A DNA stretch of 64,000 bases, taken from contig CAKPSF010000002.1 in the NCBI GenBank assembly GCA_934183305.1, positions 145,395-209,394 on the forward strand. Direction: 5' to 3'. The position numbers and the translations under genes were made by a program. This document shows positions 33,917 through 42,756 of the stretch, in pieces. The notes below the pieces were generated by a model. That model was not told the origin of the DNA and searched no databases. It was given only the letters and a program-made list of their open reading frames with translations. Source of the DNA: an uncultured Clostridia bacterium. GTDB taxonomy: Bacteria; Bacillota; Clostridia; TANB77; CAG-508. Numbering within the stretch: position 1 is the first letter of the stretch; the number at the start of each line of letters is the position of its first letter.

Positions 33917-34342
33917 TTAAGCTTCTACTTTTTCAGCTTTAGCTGCTGATGTTTTAGTTGCAGCTTTTTTTGTTGTAGTTTTAGCTGCTGTTTCAACTGT
34001 TTTTTCTTCAGCTACTTCTTTTTTAGCTGTTGGAAGTTTTATAGCTGTTATCTCAACTTTAGTATATGGTTGTCTATGACCTTGTTTTCTCTTATAGTTT
34101 TTCTTAGCTTTATATTTGAAAACAATTATCTTTTTACCTTTACCATGAGCAACTACTTTACCTTCAACTTTAATACCTTTTACGTAAGGAGCTCCTACTT
34201 CTACTTTTCCTTCATCTGATAATAAAACAACTTTATCAAAAGTTACTTTTTTACCTTCTTCTACGTCTAATTTTTCGAAGAAAACTACATCTCCTTTAGT
34301 TACTTTGTATTGTTTTCCACATGCTTCGATTACTGCGTACAT
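33917..34342 (-). CDS. rplU: 50S ribosomal protein L21 with Lys/Ala-rich C-terminal extension
   Basis: [14 protein letters not shown] start at 34342 with a GGGAGGTG RBS. The track ORF extends into the leader. Confidence 0.9.
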   Translation of the reverse strand: MYAVIEACGKQYKVTKGDVVFFEKLDVEEGKKVTFDKVVLLSDEGKVEVGAPYVKGIKVEGKVVAHGKGKKIIVFKYKAKKNYKRKQGHRQPYTKVEITAIKLPTAKKEVAEEKTVETAAKTTTKKAATKTSAAKAEKVEA

Positions 34343-34445
34343 ACGAAAGCACCTCCCTTTTCTTGTATACTCGCTAACCTTAAACTTTAGGTATCTAAAC
34401 TTAATTAGACTTTTTGAACCTTGAATTATGCGGTTGACAAAAGTC

Positions 34446-34475
34446 ATTATAACATAAAAAATAGCTGTTTGTCAA
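34446..34475 (-). promoter_or_regulatory. promoter of rplU-rpmA (TTGACA-18-TATAAT) with ~100-nt structured leader
   Basis: rc of 34470-34475 is TTGACA and rc of 34446-34451 is TATAAT. The leader has an 8-bp hairpin GACTTTTG...CAAAAGTC, possibly an L21-leader-type element. Confidence 0.6.
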
Positions 34476-34500
34476 CACTTTAACAGCTATTTTTATTATT

Positions 34501-35682
34501 TTAATTCATATAATCTTTTAATTTTTTGCTTCTACTTGGATGTCTTAGTTTTCTTAATGCTTTTGCTTCAATTTGTCTTATTCTTTCACGAGTTACATCA
34601 AATTCTTTTCCTACTTCTTCTAGTGTTCTTGCTTTTCCGTCTTCTAGTCCAAATCTTAATTTCAATACCTTTGCTTCTCTTGGTGTTAATGTGTTCATTA
34701 CTTCTTCTAATTGTTCTTTTAACATTGTATATGCTGCTGCATCTTGTGGAGCTGGTGAGTCATCATCTTGTATGAAGTCTCCTAAATGGCTATCGTCTTC
34801 TTCCCCAATTGGTGTTTCTAATGATACTGGGTCTTGTGCTATTTTTTGTATTTCCATTACTTTTTCAACTGGCATTTCTAGTTCTTCTGCAATTTCTTCT
34901 GGACTTGGTTCTCTACCTAGTCTTTGAAGAAGTAATCTAGATGTACGAATTAGTTTATTTATTGTTTCTACCATATGAACTGGTATTCTTATTGTTCTCG
35001 CTTGATCTGCTATTGCTCTTGTTATAGCTTGTCTAATCCACCATGTTGCATAGGTACTAAATTTGTATCCTTTTGTATAATCAAATTTTTCCACTGCCTT
35101 TATTAATCCCATATTTCCTTCTTGGATTAAATCTAAGAATAACATTCCTCTACCTACATATTTTTTAGCTATACTAACAACTAACCTTAAGTTAGATTCA
35201 GATAATTTCTTTTTGGCTTCTTCGTCGCCTTCTAATACTTTTTTTGCAAGTTCTAGTTCTTCATCGTATGTAAGAAGTGGAATCTTTCCTATTTCTCTTA
35301 AATACATTCTTACAGGGTCATCAATGTTCATTCCTTCAAAGCTTGTTAAATTAATGTTTTGTAAGTCTTCAACCTCTTCAATATCTTCTAGGTCTTCAAC
35401 ATCTGGTTCTGCTTCAAAGTCATCTTTTAATATGTCTACTCCCATTTCTTCAAACTTATCAAAAACTTTATCTATTTGTTCCGGATTAATATTATCTAAT
35501 TTTGTAGCAAGTTCAGCATATGTCATATTTCCATCCTTAGCTTTTTCTACAATGTCTTTTACTTCATCCTTTACTTGATCATCTGTTACAGTTTTTTCTT
35601 TATTTTGTAGTTCTGGATTATTTTCTTTTTGATTTGTAACTTCTATTTTTTCTTCAATATCCTCGTTTTTCTTTTTTCCCAT
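34501..35682 (-). CDS. rpoD: primary RNA polymerase sigma factor (SigA/RpoD)
   Basis: [27 protein letters not shown] (region 2) and a region 4 HTH. Acidic N-terminal region. Confidence 0.95.
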   Translation of the reverse strand: MGKKKNEDIEEKIEVTNQKENNPELQNKEKTVTDDQVKDEVKDIVEKAKDGNMTYAELATKLDNINPEQIDKVFDKFEEMGVDILKDDFEAEPDVEDLEDIEEVEDLQNINLTSFEGMNIDDPVRMYLREIGKIPLLTYDEELELAKKVLEGDEEAKKKLSESNLRLVVSIAKKYVGRGMLFLDLIQEGNMGLIKAVEKFDYTKGYKFSTYATWWIRQAITRAIADQARTIRIPVHMVETINKLIRTSRLLLQRLGREPSPEEIAEELEMPVEKVMEIQKIAQDPVSLETPIGEEDDSHLGDFIQDDDSPAPQDAAAYTMLKEQLEEVMNTLTPREAKVLKLRFGLEDGKARTLEEVGKEFDVTRERIRQIEAKALRKLRHPSRSKKLKDYMN

Positions 35683-35698
35683 TTAAACTTCATACCTC

Positions 35699-36229
35699 CT
35701 ACTTAAATTTTGCAAGTTTAATTATTGTTTCACTTAAACTATTTTCTAAACTTGCTATTTCTTCCTTAGTCAAATCTTTATTTTCCAAATCACTTAAAAT
35801 TTGTTTCTTTTTATTTTGTAATTTTTCCTTTTGATATATGTTAATTATGTCTAATATTGCTTTGTCCATGTCTTTGATGTCATAATCATCAGCCATTATT
35901 TTTGTTATCTGTGCCAACTCGTTTTCATCTTTTATTTGGTCTAAAACATTATTAGTATTACTATTTCCTTTTTCAAATTCATCATACAATTTTTTTAATA
36001 TTTGTTTGTTTATTTCATTTTTGAAATCTTCTGCTACTATTATATCTTTTATTTTTTCATATGCTTTATCACCAGCATTTAATAATATTGCTATTACTGT
36101 ATTTTCAGTTCTAATTGTATCCTCAGCATTTGAATTTTTTTCTTTATCTATTGTCTTTGGTATTATCTTCTTTTCTAAAACTTTTTCTCCGTGCAGAATT
36201 TGAATATTGTAGTTTATTAGTTTGAGCAT
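35699..36229 (-). CDS. dnaG: DNA primase C-terminal (DnaB-interaction) part, in +1 frame relative to the N-terminal part
   Basis: ORF 35699..36250. The internal ATG at 36229 is preceded by AGAGG 6 nt upstream. Overlaps the N-terminal ORF by ~86-107 nt. Confidence 0.6.
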   Translation of the reverse strand: MLKLINYNIQILHGEKVLEKKIIPKTIDKEKNSNAEDTIRTENTVIAILLNAGDKAYEKIKDIIVAEDFKNEINKQILKKLYDEFEKGNSNTNNVLDQIKDENELAQITKIMADDYDIKDMDKAILDIINIYQKEKLQNKKKQILSDLENKDLTKEEIASLENSLSETIIKLAKFK

Positions 36230-37490
36230 ATATTGCCTCTTTAGACACATTATACTCTTTCGAAATTCTTTCTATATATATTTCTTTTTCAATATTATTA
36301 TCTACTTTAGATAAAATTTTAGAAACTTCATTTAAGAACTTAATCTTATCACTTGTGCTATTTATAGATAAAGATTTTTTTAACATTTTAACTTTAAATT
36401 CTACTAATGATATTGCTTTATCTGCACATAAGTTAAATCTCCCACTTCCATTTTTCAAAACATACTCGTCTGGATCTTTAACATCTGGATCGTCTAGTTG
36501 CAGTATTCTAACATCATAACCTAAATTTTGTAGTATTTCCAATCCTCTCATTGTAGCAGCTTGCCCTGCGCCGTCTGAATCGTAAGATATTATTATTTTA
36601 TTAGCATATCTTCTAAGTAAACGCCCTTGTGATTCTGTAAGTGCTGTTCCAAGAGATGCAACAACATTGGTTATGCCTCTTTGATAAAGTGAAATTGCAT
36701 CCATATATCCTTCTACAATTATGATTCTATCCATCGGTTCTCTTTTAGCAACATTAAGTCCAAATAAATTTCTTCCTTTGCTATACACAATGTTTTCTGG
36801 TGAATTAATATATTTAGGCTTAGAGTCATCTAAAACTCTACCTCCAAATGCAATAACCCTTTCTTTTACATCTTTTATTGGAATCATAAATCTTTTTCTA
36901 AACCTATCAACATATGTACCATCTTGATTTTTTATAACCATACTAGAAGCTAGAATTTCTTCTTCTTTAAAGCCTTTTTTTATAAGTTCTTGATATAGTT
37001 CATTATATCTTCCTGCATATCCAATTTGAAATGCCTTTAAAGTTTTATTGTCCAACTTTCTCTTTTTTACATAGTCTTGAGCAGGTTTTGATGTTGGTTT
37101 GTATAAATTTTCATGATAGAACTGAGCTGCAATTTCATTTATTTCATATACTTTAGACTTTAAAAATTGTTTTTTACTATCCTCGTTATTATCTAAAGTT
37201 GGAAGCGCAATTCCAGCTCTATCTGCTAGGACTTGCATGCTTTCTATGAAATTCATATTTTCGATTTTGCTTATAAAATGGAATACGTTTCCACCAGCTC
37301 CACAACCAAAACAGTGAAATATTTGTTTATCAGGCGAAACAGAAAAAGAAGGCGATTTTTCTTTGTGAAATGGACATAGTCCAAAGTAATTTCTACCGCT
37401 TCTTTTTAATACTACATATTGTGATATTATATCTACTATATCGTTACTATTTCTAACTTCTTCGATTAATTCCTCACTGTATCGTACCAT
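36144..37490 (-). CDS. dnaG: DNA primase N-terminal part (zinc-binding + RNA polymerase + TOPRIM domains)
   Basis: CPFHKEKSPSFSVSPDKQIFHCFGCGAGG and IIVEGYMDAISL. The tail ...SARRKSFRKEDNTKDNR looks out of frame. Confidence 0.85.
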   Translation of the reverse strand: MVRYSEELIEEVRNSNDIVDIISQYVVLKRSGRNYFGLCPFHKEKSPSFSVSPDKQIFHCFGCGAGGNVFHFISKIENMNFIESMQVLADRAGIALPTLDNNEDSKKQFLKSKVYEINEIAAQFYHENLYKPTSKPAQDYVKKRKLDNKTLKAFQIGYAGRYNELYQELIKKGFKEEEILASSMVIKNQDGTYVDRFRKRFMIPIKDVKERVIAFGGRVLDDSKPKYINSPENIVYSKGRNLFGLNVAKREPMDRIIIVEGYMDAISLYQRGITNVVASLGTALTESQGRLLRRYANKIIISYDSDGAGQAATMRGLEILQNLGYDVRILQLDDPDVKDPDEYVLKNGSGRFNLCADKAISLVEFKVKMLKKSLSINSTSDKIKFLNEVSKILSKVDNNIEKEIYIERISKEYNVSKEAIYAQTNKLQYSNSARRKSFRKEDNTKDNR

Positions 37491-37574
37491 TTTTACAAAC
37501 CTTTCTTAATATATTATACTATTCGACAGATATTATTCAAATCCTTCTTTATGTACACTAGTTTAAATGCGACA

Positions 37575-37603
37575 AAAAAGAGAATTGAAACAATTCTCTT
37601 TTT
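37575..37603 (-). terminator. terminator after the carD-like gene
   Basis: AAAAAGAGAATTG-ttt-CAATTCTCTTTTT. Confidence 0.85.
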
Positions 37604-37613
37604 GTATTTCATC

Positions 37614-38177
37614 TTAATTATTATTTTCCTCATTAAATGGAATAAATTTATTTACCACATTTGTTAATGGTGATTCTTCATCTAATCTAAATTCTTTAAA
37701 TGATTGATTTATTTTGTTATCTACTATATATTCCATTTCTTCATATGAAGAATGTTCTGCAAGTACTAATTCGCTTACTAAAATTTGTTTTGCGTTATTT
37801 AGCATTTTCTTTTCGCCTGTTGAAAGTCCTTTTTCCTTTTGTTTAAAACTTAAGTTTCTTACAACATCAGCTACTTCATATATATCTCCGCTCTTCATTT
37901 TATCCATATTGTCTCTATATCTTTTATTCCAGTTCATAGCCATTTCTGTTTCGTCTTCTTCTAATATTTCAAATACTTTTTCAGCAGATGTTTTATCTAT
38001 TATACTTCTAACGCCTATTTGTTCTGCCTTTTCGGTTGGAACCATAACTTTAACTTCACCTGGCATTTTTAAAATATAATATGATTGTTTCTCTCCTAAA
38101 ATATCTTTTTCTTCTATTGCATCTATTGTTCCTGCCCCGTGCATTGGGTATACTATAAAATCTCCTACATTAAACAT
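37614..38177 (-). CDS. CarD/CdnL-family RNA polymerase-binding transcription factor
   Basis: MFNVGDFIVYPMHGAGTIDAIEEKDILGEKQSYYIL. AAGGAG RBS before the ATG at 38177. Confidence 0.85.
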   Translation of the reverse strand: MFNVGDFIVYPMHGAGTIDAIEEKDILGEKQSYYILKMPGEVKVMVPTEKAEQIGVRSIIDKTSAEKVFEILEEDETEMAMNWNKRYRDNMDKMKSGDIYEVADVVRNLSFKQKEKGLSTGEKKMLNNAKQILVSELVLAEHSSYEEMEYIVDNKINQSFKEFRLDEESPLTNVVNKFIPFNEENNN

Positions 38178-38295
38178 GCAAGTCTCTCCTTTCAAAAGAT
38201 ATAGTTTAGGACTAAAAAAATAAGATTCTTTGCGAACATGAAGTTAGTTTTTATATGTACTAGAATCATATTTTCCTTCGTTTCCAACTGTATTA

Positions 38296-38324
38296 ATTAT
38301 ACTACAAATTTTGGCAAAAGTCAA
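38296..38324 (-). promoter_or_regulatory. promoter (TTGACT-17-TATAAT)
   Basis: rc of 38319-38324 is TTGACT and rc of 38296-38301 is TATAAT. Confidence 0.7.
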
Positions 38325-38363
38325 AAGATTTGGAAAAGAATTTTTTATTTTTTATGAAATATT

Positions 38364-39632
38364 CTACATATATAAAACCGGGCGAAAACCAAGGTTGTCG
38401 TAAGCATCGTACGTTTTGTTACTGCGACGAATACTCGTGTAATAAGAGGCATTGTAGCAAAAGCCTCCACGTTTATTTGAAGGGCTTTCTGAAAAACTAG
38501 ATGTTTCTGTTGACCACTCATAGCAATTGCTTCCCATATCATAAACGTTACATATTACATCTACTTCTCCAGTATAAATTGTTCCAGATGTTCCTGTGAC
38601 AGCTAAATAATTATTCACACTTTTTTTGCTCGCATATGCTGCATTGTCTCCAAATTCTTGGAAGAATATTATTGCTGTATCCCACGCATAACCATTCACT
38701 AAATCACTTTCAAAAGGCTTATTGGTGTACATAGTTTGACATCTTTCTGAAGCTTGCGGTTGTGTTACATAATTATACACATAATTATCTGCTTTTAATG
38801 TCACTTGAGCTAATTCATCATTTTTAGATTTTCTTTCTGTTTCAGTTCCTACTCTTGCTTCATATCTTCCTATATAGTAACCTCCACTTGCATTAGTTTT
38901 GGTGCAAAATTCCCCTATGTTTTGGGCTATTACATTGCTTTGAGGTGTAGTATATTCTGTATAGTTGTAAGATCCATTATTTATAGGAATTATTTTTTCA
39001 TATTCATTTGCATTTTGGGCTACTGTATATTCTCCATTTGTTTTAGTAAAATTTTCATACCTTCCCAATGTTATTGTTTTGGCATTCTCTTCTGTTTTTT
39101 CTGTATCTGTATATATTTTTCCTACTGGTATCCACACAAATTGATTGCCTGCCGTTTCTAGTTGTGTATCTTCTACTACTATTCCTTTTGTTATATCTAT
39201 ATCATCCGCTGTATAATTTGTTGTGTTATCTACTATTATTTTAAAACCAGCAGGTACTTTTATCTTATTTCCAAAGTCATCTATCAACACTATATTTTCA
39301 CTTGTACTTAACACCTTATTCAAATTATCTTTTACTCTTGCCACATTATTTATTTTTGAGTTTTCTCTGTCTAGCTTTTCCAAATATTCGCCTAATTGTG
39401 TGTGTTCATTTATTTGTGAACCTGAATATTGGCTTCTTGCATTACTTGCATAGTTAAGCATTTTATTTCCTGTTACTGCGCCTATTACTACTACTACCAA
39501 TATTAATAATACAATAATTGTAATTATTAAGGCAACTAATGTCATGCCTTTATTGCGTGCAGGCAAAAAGCCTGTCTCTTCATATTTATTGTTTTTTGAA
39601 TATATAGACTTTCTTTTTAGTTTTTGATTCAT
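38364..39632 (-). CDS. pseudopilin-like N-terminus + FGE-sulfatase/C-type-lectin-like C-domain surface protein (paralog B)
   Basis: ...ARNKGMTLVALIITIIVLLILV. GGYYIGRYEAR, ICNVYDMGSNCYEWSTE, RGG...LGFRPVLYM. 422 aa, about 75% identical to paralog A outside the C-terminal 30 residues. Confidence 0.75.
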   Translation of the reverse strand: MNQKLKRKSIYSKNNKYEETGFLPARNKGMTLVALIITIIVLLILVVVVIGAVTGNKMLNYASNARSQYSGSQINEHTQLGEYLEKLDRENSKINNVARVKDNLNKVLSTSENIVLIDDFGNKIKVPAGFKIIVDNTTNYTADDIDITKGIVVEDTQLETAGNQFVWIPVGKIYTDTEKTEENAKTITLGRYENFTKTNGEYTVAQNANEYEKIIPINNGSYNYTEYTTPQSNVIAQNIGEFCTKTNASGGYYIGRYEARVGTETERKSKNDELAQVTLKADNYVYNYVTQPQASERCQTMYTNKPFESDLVNGYAWDTAIIFFQEFGDNAAYASKKSVNNYLAVTGTSGTIYTGEVDVICNVYDMGSNCYEWSTETSSFSESPSNKRGGFCYNASYYTSIRRSNKTYDAYDNLGFRPVLYM

Positions 39633-39738
39633 TTTTTCTCCTTCTTTTGTTTTTTAGTTTTGCATGTACAAAACCCACCATTAAATTCTCTATACTCTTA
39701 TTTTATGTTGTCAAAAAACTCCGTCCTGTATTACATTT

Positions 39739-40971
39739 TTAGCCTATTTTTGCAATATAGTGATTCTTTTTTCCTCTTTTTATAATAAGATATATATCGT
39801 TAATTAAATCGTCTTCTGTTATTGTCTTTTCTATGTCTGTAACCTTTTTTCCTTTTATTTCAATACTATTATTTGAAATAAATTCTCTTGCTTCTCTTTT
39901 ACTTGATGCAGCATTCATTTGTATAAGTACATCAATAATATTTTGCCCCAATTCTACTGTTTTTATTTCTTTACCTTTAAATGCTTCTTCCAATTCATCT
40001 TTGCTTAGATTTTCAAATTCACCTTTAAATAGACTTTCAGTTATTCTTACTGCTTTGTTATATGATTCTTCACTATGAATAAATTTTATTACTTCTTCTG
40101 CTAAACGTTTTTGTGCAATTCTTAAATGTGGTGCTTCATTATGTTCTTTCATAATGCTTTCTATTTCTTCTTTACTTAAAAAAGTATATTTCTTCAAATA
40201 TTCTTCCATCATTACATCTTCAAAGTTTAATATGTATTGATACATTTCATAACTTGAGGTTTTATTTTCATCAAGCCACAAGGCATTTCCGTAGCTTTTT
40301 CCTAGTTTTTTACCTGTTGAATCAACAATTAAAGGAACTGAGAATGCATATACTTCTTCGTTATTAAGTTTTCTTATTATTTCTATTCCTGTTGTCAAAT
40401 TTCCCCATTGATCTGAACCACCAAATTGAAGTGTAGCACCATAATTGTCATGAATATATTTAAAGTCAAATCCTTGTATTAACATATATGAAAATTCAGC
40501 ATATGAAATTCCCACTTCCATTTGTCTTTTTACTAGGTCTTTATTAATCATATATGCAACATTTACATATTTTCCAACATCTCTTAAAAAATCTATGTAA
40601 TTATAGTTTTTGAACCAATCGTAATTATTAACTACTAATGTGTCTTCTCCAAATAGTTTTTTCATTTGAGCTTGAATTTTTGTAAAATTACTTTCTATAA
40701 CTTTTATATCTGCTTTTTCTCTTTCACCTGTTCCTCTTGGGTCTCCTACACGTCCAGTTGCCCCACCAACTAATATTATTGGTTTATGTCCTGCTCTTCT
40801 TAATCTTTCCGCAACTAAAAATGTTGGAAATTGTCCTATATGAAGGCTTTCTGCTGTTGGGTCCGCTCCTATATAAAAAGTCATACCACCATTATTTAAT
40901 TTTTCTTCTAATTCTGGAGATGTAACATCTTTTATTAACCCTCTCCATTTTAAATCTTCATACAAATTCAT
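39739..40971 (-). CDS. tyrS: tyrosine--tRNA ligase
   Basis: HIGH-type AESLHIGQF, KMSKS-type KLGKS and a C-terminal S4 domain. AAAGGAGG RBS before the ATG at 40971. Confidence 0.95.
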   Translation of the reverse strand: MNLYEDLKWRGLIKDVTSPELEEKLNNGGMTFYIGADPTAESLHIGQFPTFLVAERLRRAGHKPIILVGGATGRVGDPRGTGEREKADIKVIESNFTKIQAQMKKLFGEDTLVVNNYDWFKNYNYIDFLRDVGKYVNVAYMINKDLVKRQMEVGISYAEFSYMLIQGFDFKYIHDNYGATLQFGGSDQWGNLTTGIEIIRKLNNEEVYAFSVPLIVDSTGKKLGKSYGNALWLDENKTSSYEMYQYILNFEDVMMEEYLKKYTFLSKEEIESIMKEHNEAPHLRIAQKRLAEEVIKFIHSEESYNKAVRITESLFKGEFENLSKDELEEAFKGKEIKTVELGQNIIDVLIQMNAASSKREAREFISNNSIEIKGKKVTDIEKTITEDDLINDIYLIIKRGKKNHYIAKIG

Positions 40972-40990
40972 TTTTATTCCTCCTTTTAAC

Positions 40991-41220
40991 AAAATAGCTA
41001 GTTCATCCTTATTAAAGGACGAGACTAGCTACTCGTGGTACCACCTTTATTCATAATACTTTTATAGTATTACCTTATTTTTCTTTACTTACGTTTGTTA
41101 CTATAAGAATTGTAATTCATAATTTAATGCTTAATAATTTTCACCAACCATTATCTCTCTTTACAAGCCACTTTTAAATTACTACTAGGTTTCTTTTTAA
41201 AACATAACAAAATTCAATTG
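40991..41220 (-). promoter_or_regulatory. T-box riboswitch leader (Tyr)
   Basis: T-box sequence AAAGGUGGUACCACG (rc of 41031-41045). Terminator UAGCUAGU...ACUAGCUAUUUU. AGAGAGA box. Candidate UAC specifier in GAAUUACAAU. Confidence 0.85.
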
Positions 41221-41225
41221 TAAAT

Positions 41226-41254
41226 ATTGTATATTGTTTTTTTTATTTTGTCAA
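41226..41254 (-). promoter_or_regulatory. promoter of the T-box-tyrS unit (TTGACA-17-TACAAT)
   Basis: rc of 41249-41254 is TTGACA and rc of 41226-41231 is TACAAT. Confidence 0.7.
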
Positions 41255-41260
41255 CACATA

Positions 41261-42376
41261 CTATACAAATTCTTCCCATACTATATTTGCAAGGTCTAGT
41301 CCTTTGTTTGTTAATTTTATATAATCGCCATTAATTAAAATTAGTTTTTCTTTTGAGAGCTTATTTAATTCATTTCTAAATAAGAATATTGGGTTTTCTC
41401 CAAATTTATTTTTAAATTCTTGAATACTAACTCCTTTTATTTTCCTAAGCCCTAGTAGCATATATTCTTTTTGCATATCAGCTATTTCTTGTTCTTCATG
41501 AACTACTTTTATAAGTTTTTCAAATTTGTTTTTGTTATCTGCCTCATATGAATATCTTGTTCCATTTATATATGAATGTGCTGCTAAACCAAATCCTAAA
41601 TATTCTTTTTGATTCCAACAGTCTAGATTATGTTTTGATTCATATCCAGTTTTTGCAAAGTTTGATATTTCATAGTGTATATATCCATTTTGTTCTAATG
41701 TATTTTTTACATACCAATACATATTTCTTTCTAATTCTTCACTTGGTAGCTCAATTTCTTTGTTTATATATTTTTCGTAAAGTGGTGTATTTTCTTCTAA
41801 TATTAGTGAGTATACACTGATATGTTCTGGATTTAATTTTATTATTTTTTCTAAGTTTTCTTTTATATTTTGTATTCTCTGATTTGGAAGTCCAATCATT
41901 AAATCTACATTTATATTTTTAAATCCTAATTCTCTTGCCAAATTATATGTATCCAAAAATTCTTCATAAGTATGGATTCTGCCTATTTGTTTTAATAAAT
42001 TGTTATGTGTTTCTTGAAGTCCTATACTTAATCTATTAATACCTGCCTTTTTATAGTCTTCTAATTTTTTCTCTGTAACCGTACCTGGATTTAATTCAAT
42101 TGTTATTTCTGCATTTTCAATTTTGTAAGAATTATTATTAATAGTATCTAGCAATTCTAAAATATATTTAGAATTAATATAAGAAGGTGTACCACCTCCT
42201 ATATAAATCGTTTTTATATTGTATTTATCTTTTTGTAATTCAGTTTCTATTTCTTTTTTTAAAGTTTCAATATATTGCCTAATATATTCATCTTTATTGC
42301 AGTAAGATATAAAGTCGCAATAATCACATTTTTTCCTACAAAATGGAATGTGCACATAAATTCCTATATTTTTCAT
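41261..42376 (-). CDS. hemW: radical SAM heme chaperone HemW (HemN-like)
   Basis: YVHIPFCRKKCDYCDF CxxxCxxC motif. 371 aa. Confidence 0.85.
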   Translation of the reverse strand: MKNIGIYVHIPFCRKKCDYCDFISYCNKDEYIRQYIETLKKEIETELQKDKYNIKTIYIGGGTPSYINSKYILELLDTINNNSYKIENAEITIELNPGTVTEKKLEDYKKAGINRLSIGLQETHNNLLKQIGRIHTYEEFLDTYNLARELGFKNINVDLMIGLPNQRIQNIKENLEKIIKLNPEHISVYSLILEENTPLYEKYINKEIELPSEELERNMYWYVKNTLEQNGYIHYEISNFAKTGYESKHNLDCWNQKEYLGFGLAAHSYINGTRYSYEADNKNKFEKLIKVVHEEQEIADMQKEYMLLGLRKIKGVSIQEFKNKFGENPIFLFRNELNKLSKEKLILINGDYIKLTNKGLDLANIVWEEFV

Positions 42377-42396
42377 TTTATTTTATCCTTTAGTAA

Positions 42397-42425
42397 TTGA
42401 CAAATTAAATTTATTTTTATATAAT
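42397..42425 (+). promoter_or_regulatory. perfect consensus sigma-A promoter (TTGACA-17-TATAAT) with no plus-strand ORF downstream
   Basis: TTGACA at 42397-42402, 17-nt spacer, TATAAT at 42420-42425. Confidence 0.65.
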
Positions 42426-42430
42426 AATTA

Positions 42431-42512
42431 TAGGAAATGAAAAACCACAAATGTGGTTTACCGGTTATGTAAAAAACACATCTAACCTGCAAGTTACAGA
42501 TGTGTTTTTTTA
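42431..42512 (+). ncRNA. candidate ~80-nt sRNA (type I antitoxin-like), ends approximate
   Basis: Promoter, then hairpin AAACCACAaaTGTGGTTT, then terminator ACACATCT...AGATGTGT plus T7. Convergent with and overlapping the 3' end of the 36-aa peptide mRNA. Confidence 0.5.
42471..42510. terminator. bidirectional intrinsic terminator shared by the sRNA and the peptide gene
   Basis: A6-CACATCT-(14 nt)-AGATGTG-T6. Confidence 0.85.
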
Positions 42513-42516
42513 TTCT

Positions 42517-42627
42517 TTATTTGCTTAAAATTATAAATAATATAATTAAGGCAAATACTATAATAGTTTCAGCAATCAAGCTAAATAAAAGCAAGTACAC
42601 TATTTCTAACAAAAAAGATTCTATCAT
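42517..42627 (-). CDS. 36-aa hydrophobic peptide (type I toxin-like)
   Basis: GGAGGTGG RBS. MIESFLLEIVYLLLFSLIAETIIVFALIILFIILSK. Below the ORF-track cutoff. Confidence 0.55.
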   Translation of the reverse strand: MIESFLLEIVYLLLFSLIAETIIVFALIILFIILSK

Positions 42628-42710
42628 AGCACCACCTCCAATCTCACAATTTATATTGTGGAATAAAAGTGGTAAAGCACATCTGCTTATTCTCATCTCC
42701 TATGTGTTAT

Positions 42711-42739
42711 AATATACTACACTTTTTACAAAAAAGCAA
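42711..42739 (-). promoter_or_regulatory. promoter of the peptide gene (TTGCTT-17-TATATT), ~77-nt 5' UTR
   Basis: rc of 42734-42739 is TTGCTT and rc of 42711-42716 is TATATT. Confidence 0.45.
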
Positions 42740-42756
42740 GTATTTTGTTTTAATTT

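Noticed and set aside
41020-41050. GC-rich patch GGTGGTACCACG that looked like a tRNA fragment.
   Set aside because: It is the conserved T-box sequence of the tyrS leader. It is immediately followed by the terminator/antiterminator and preceded by stem-I features.
42500-42712. Plus-strand 70-aa ORF between hemW and whiA.
   Set aside because: It has no RBS. It starts inside the bidirectional terminator and is antisense to the RBS-supported 36-aa peptide gene.
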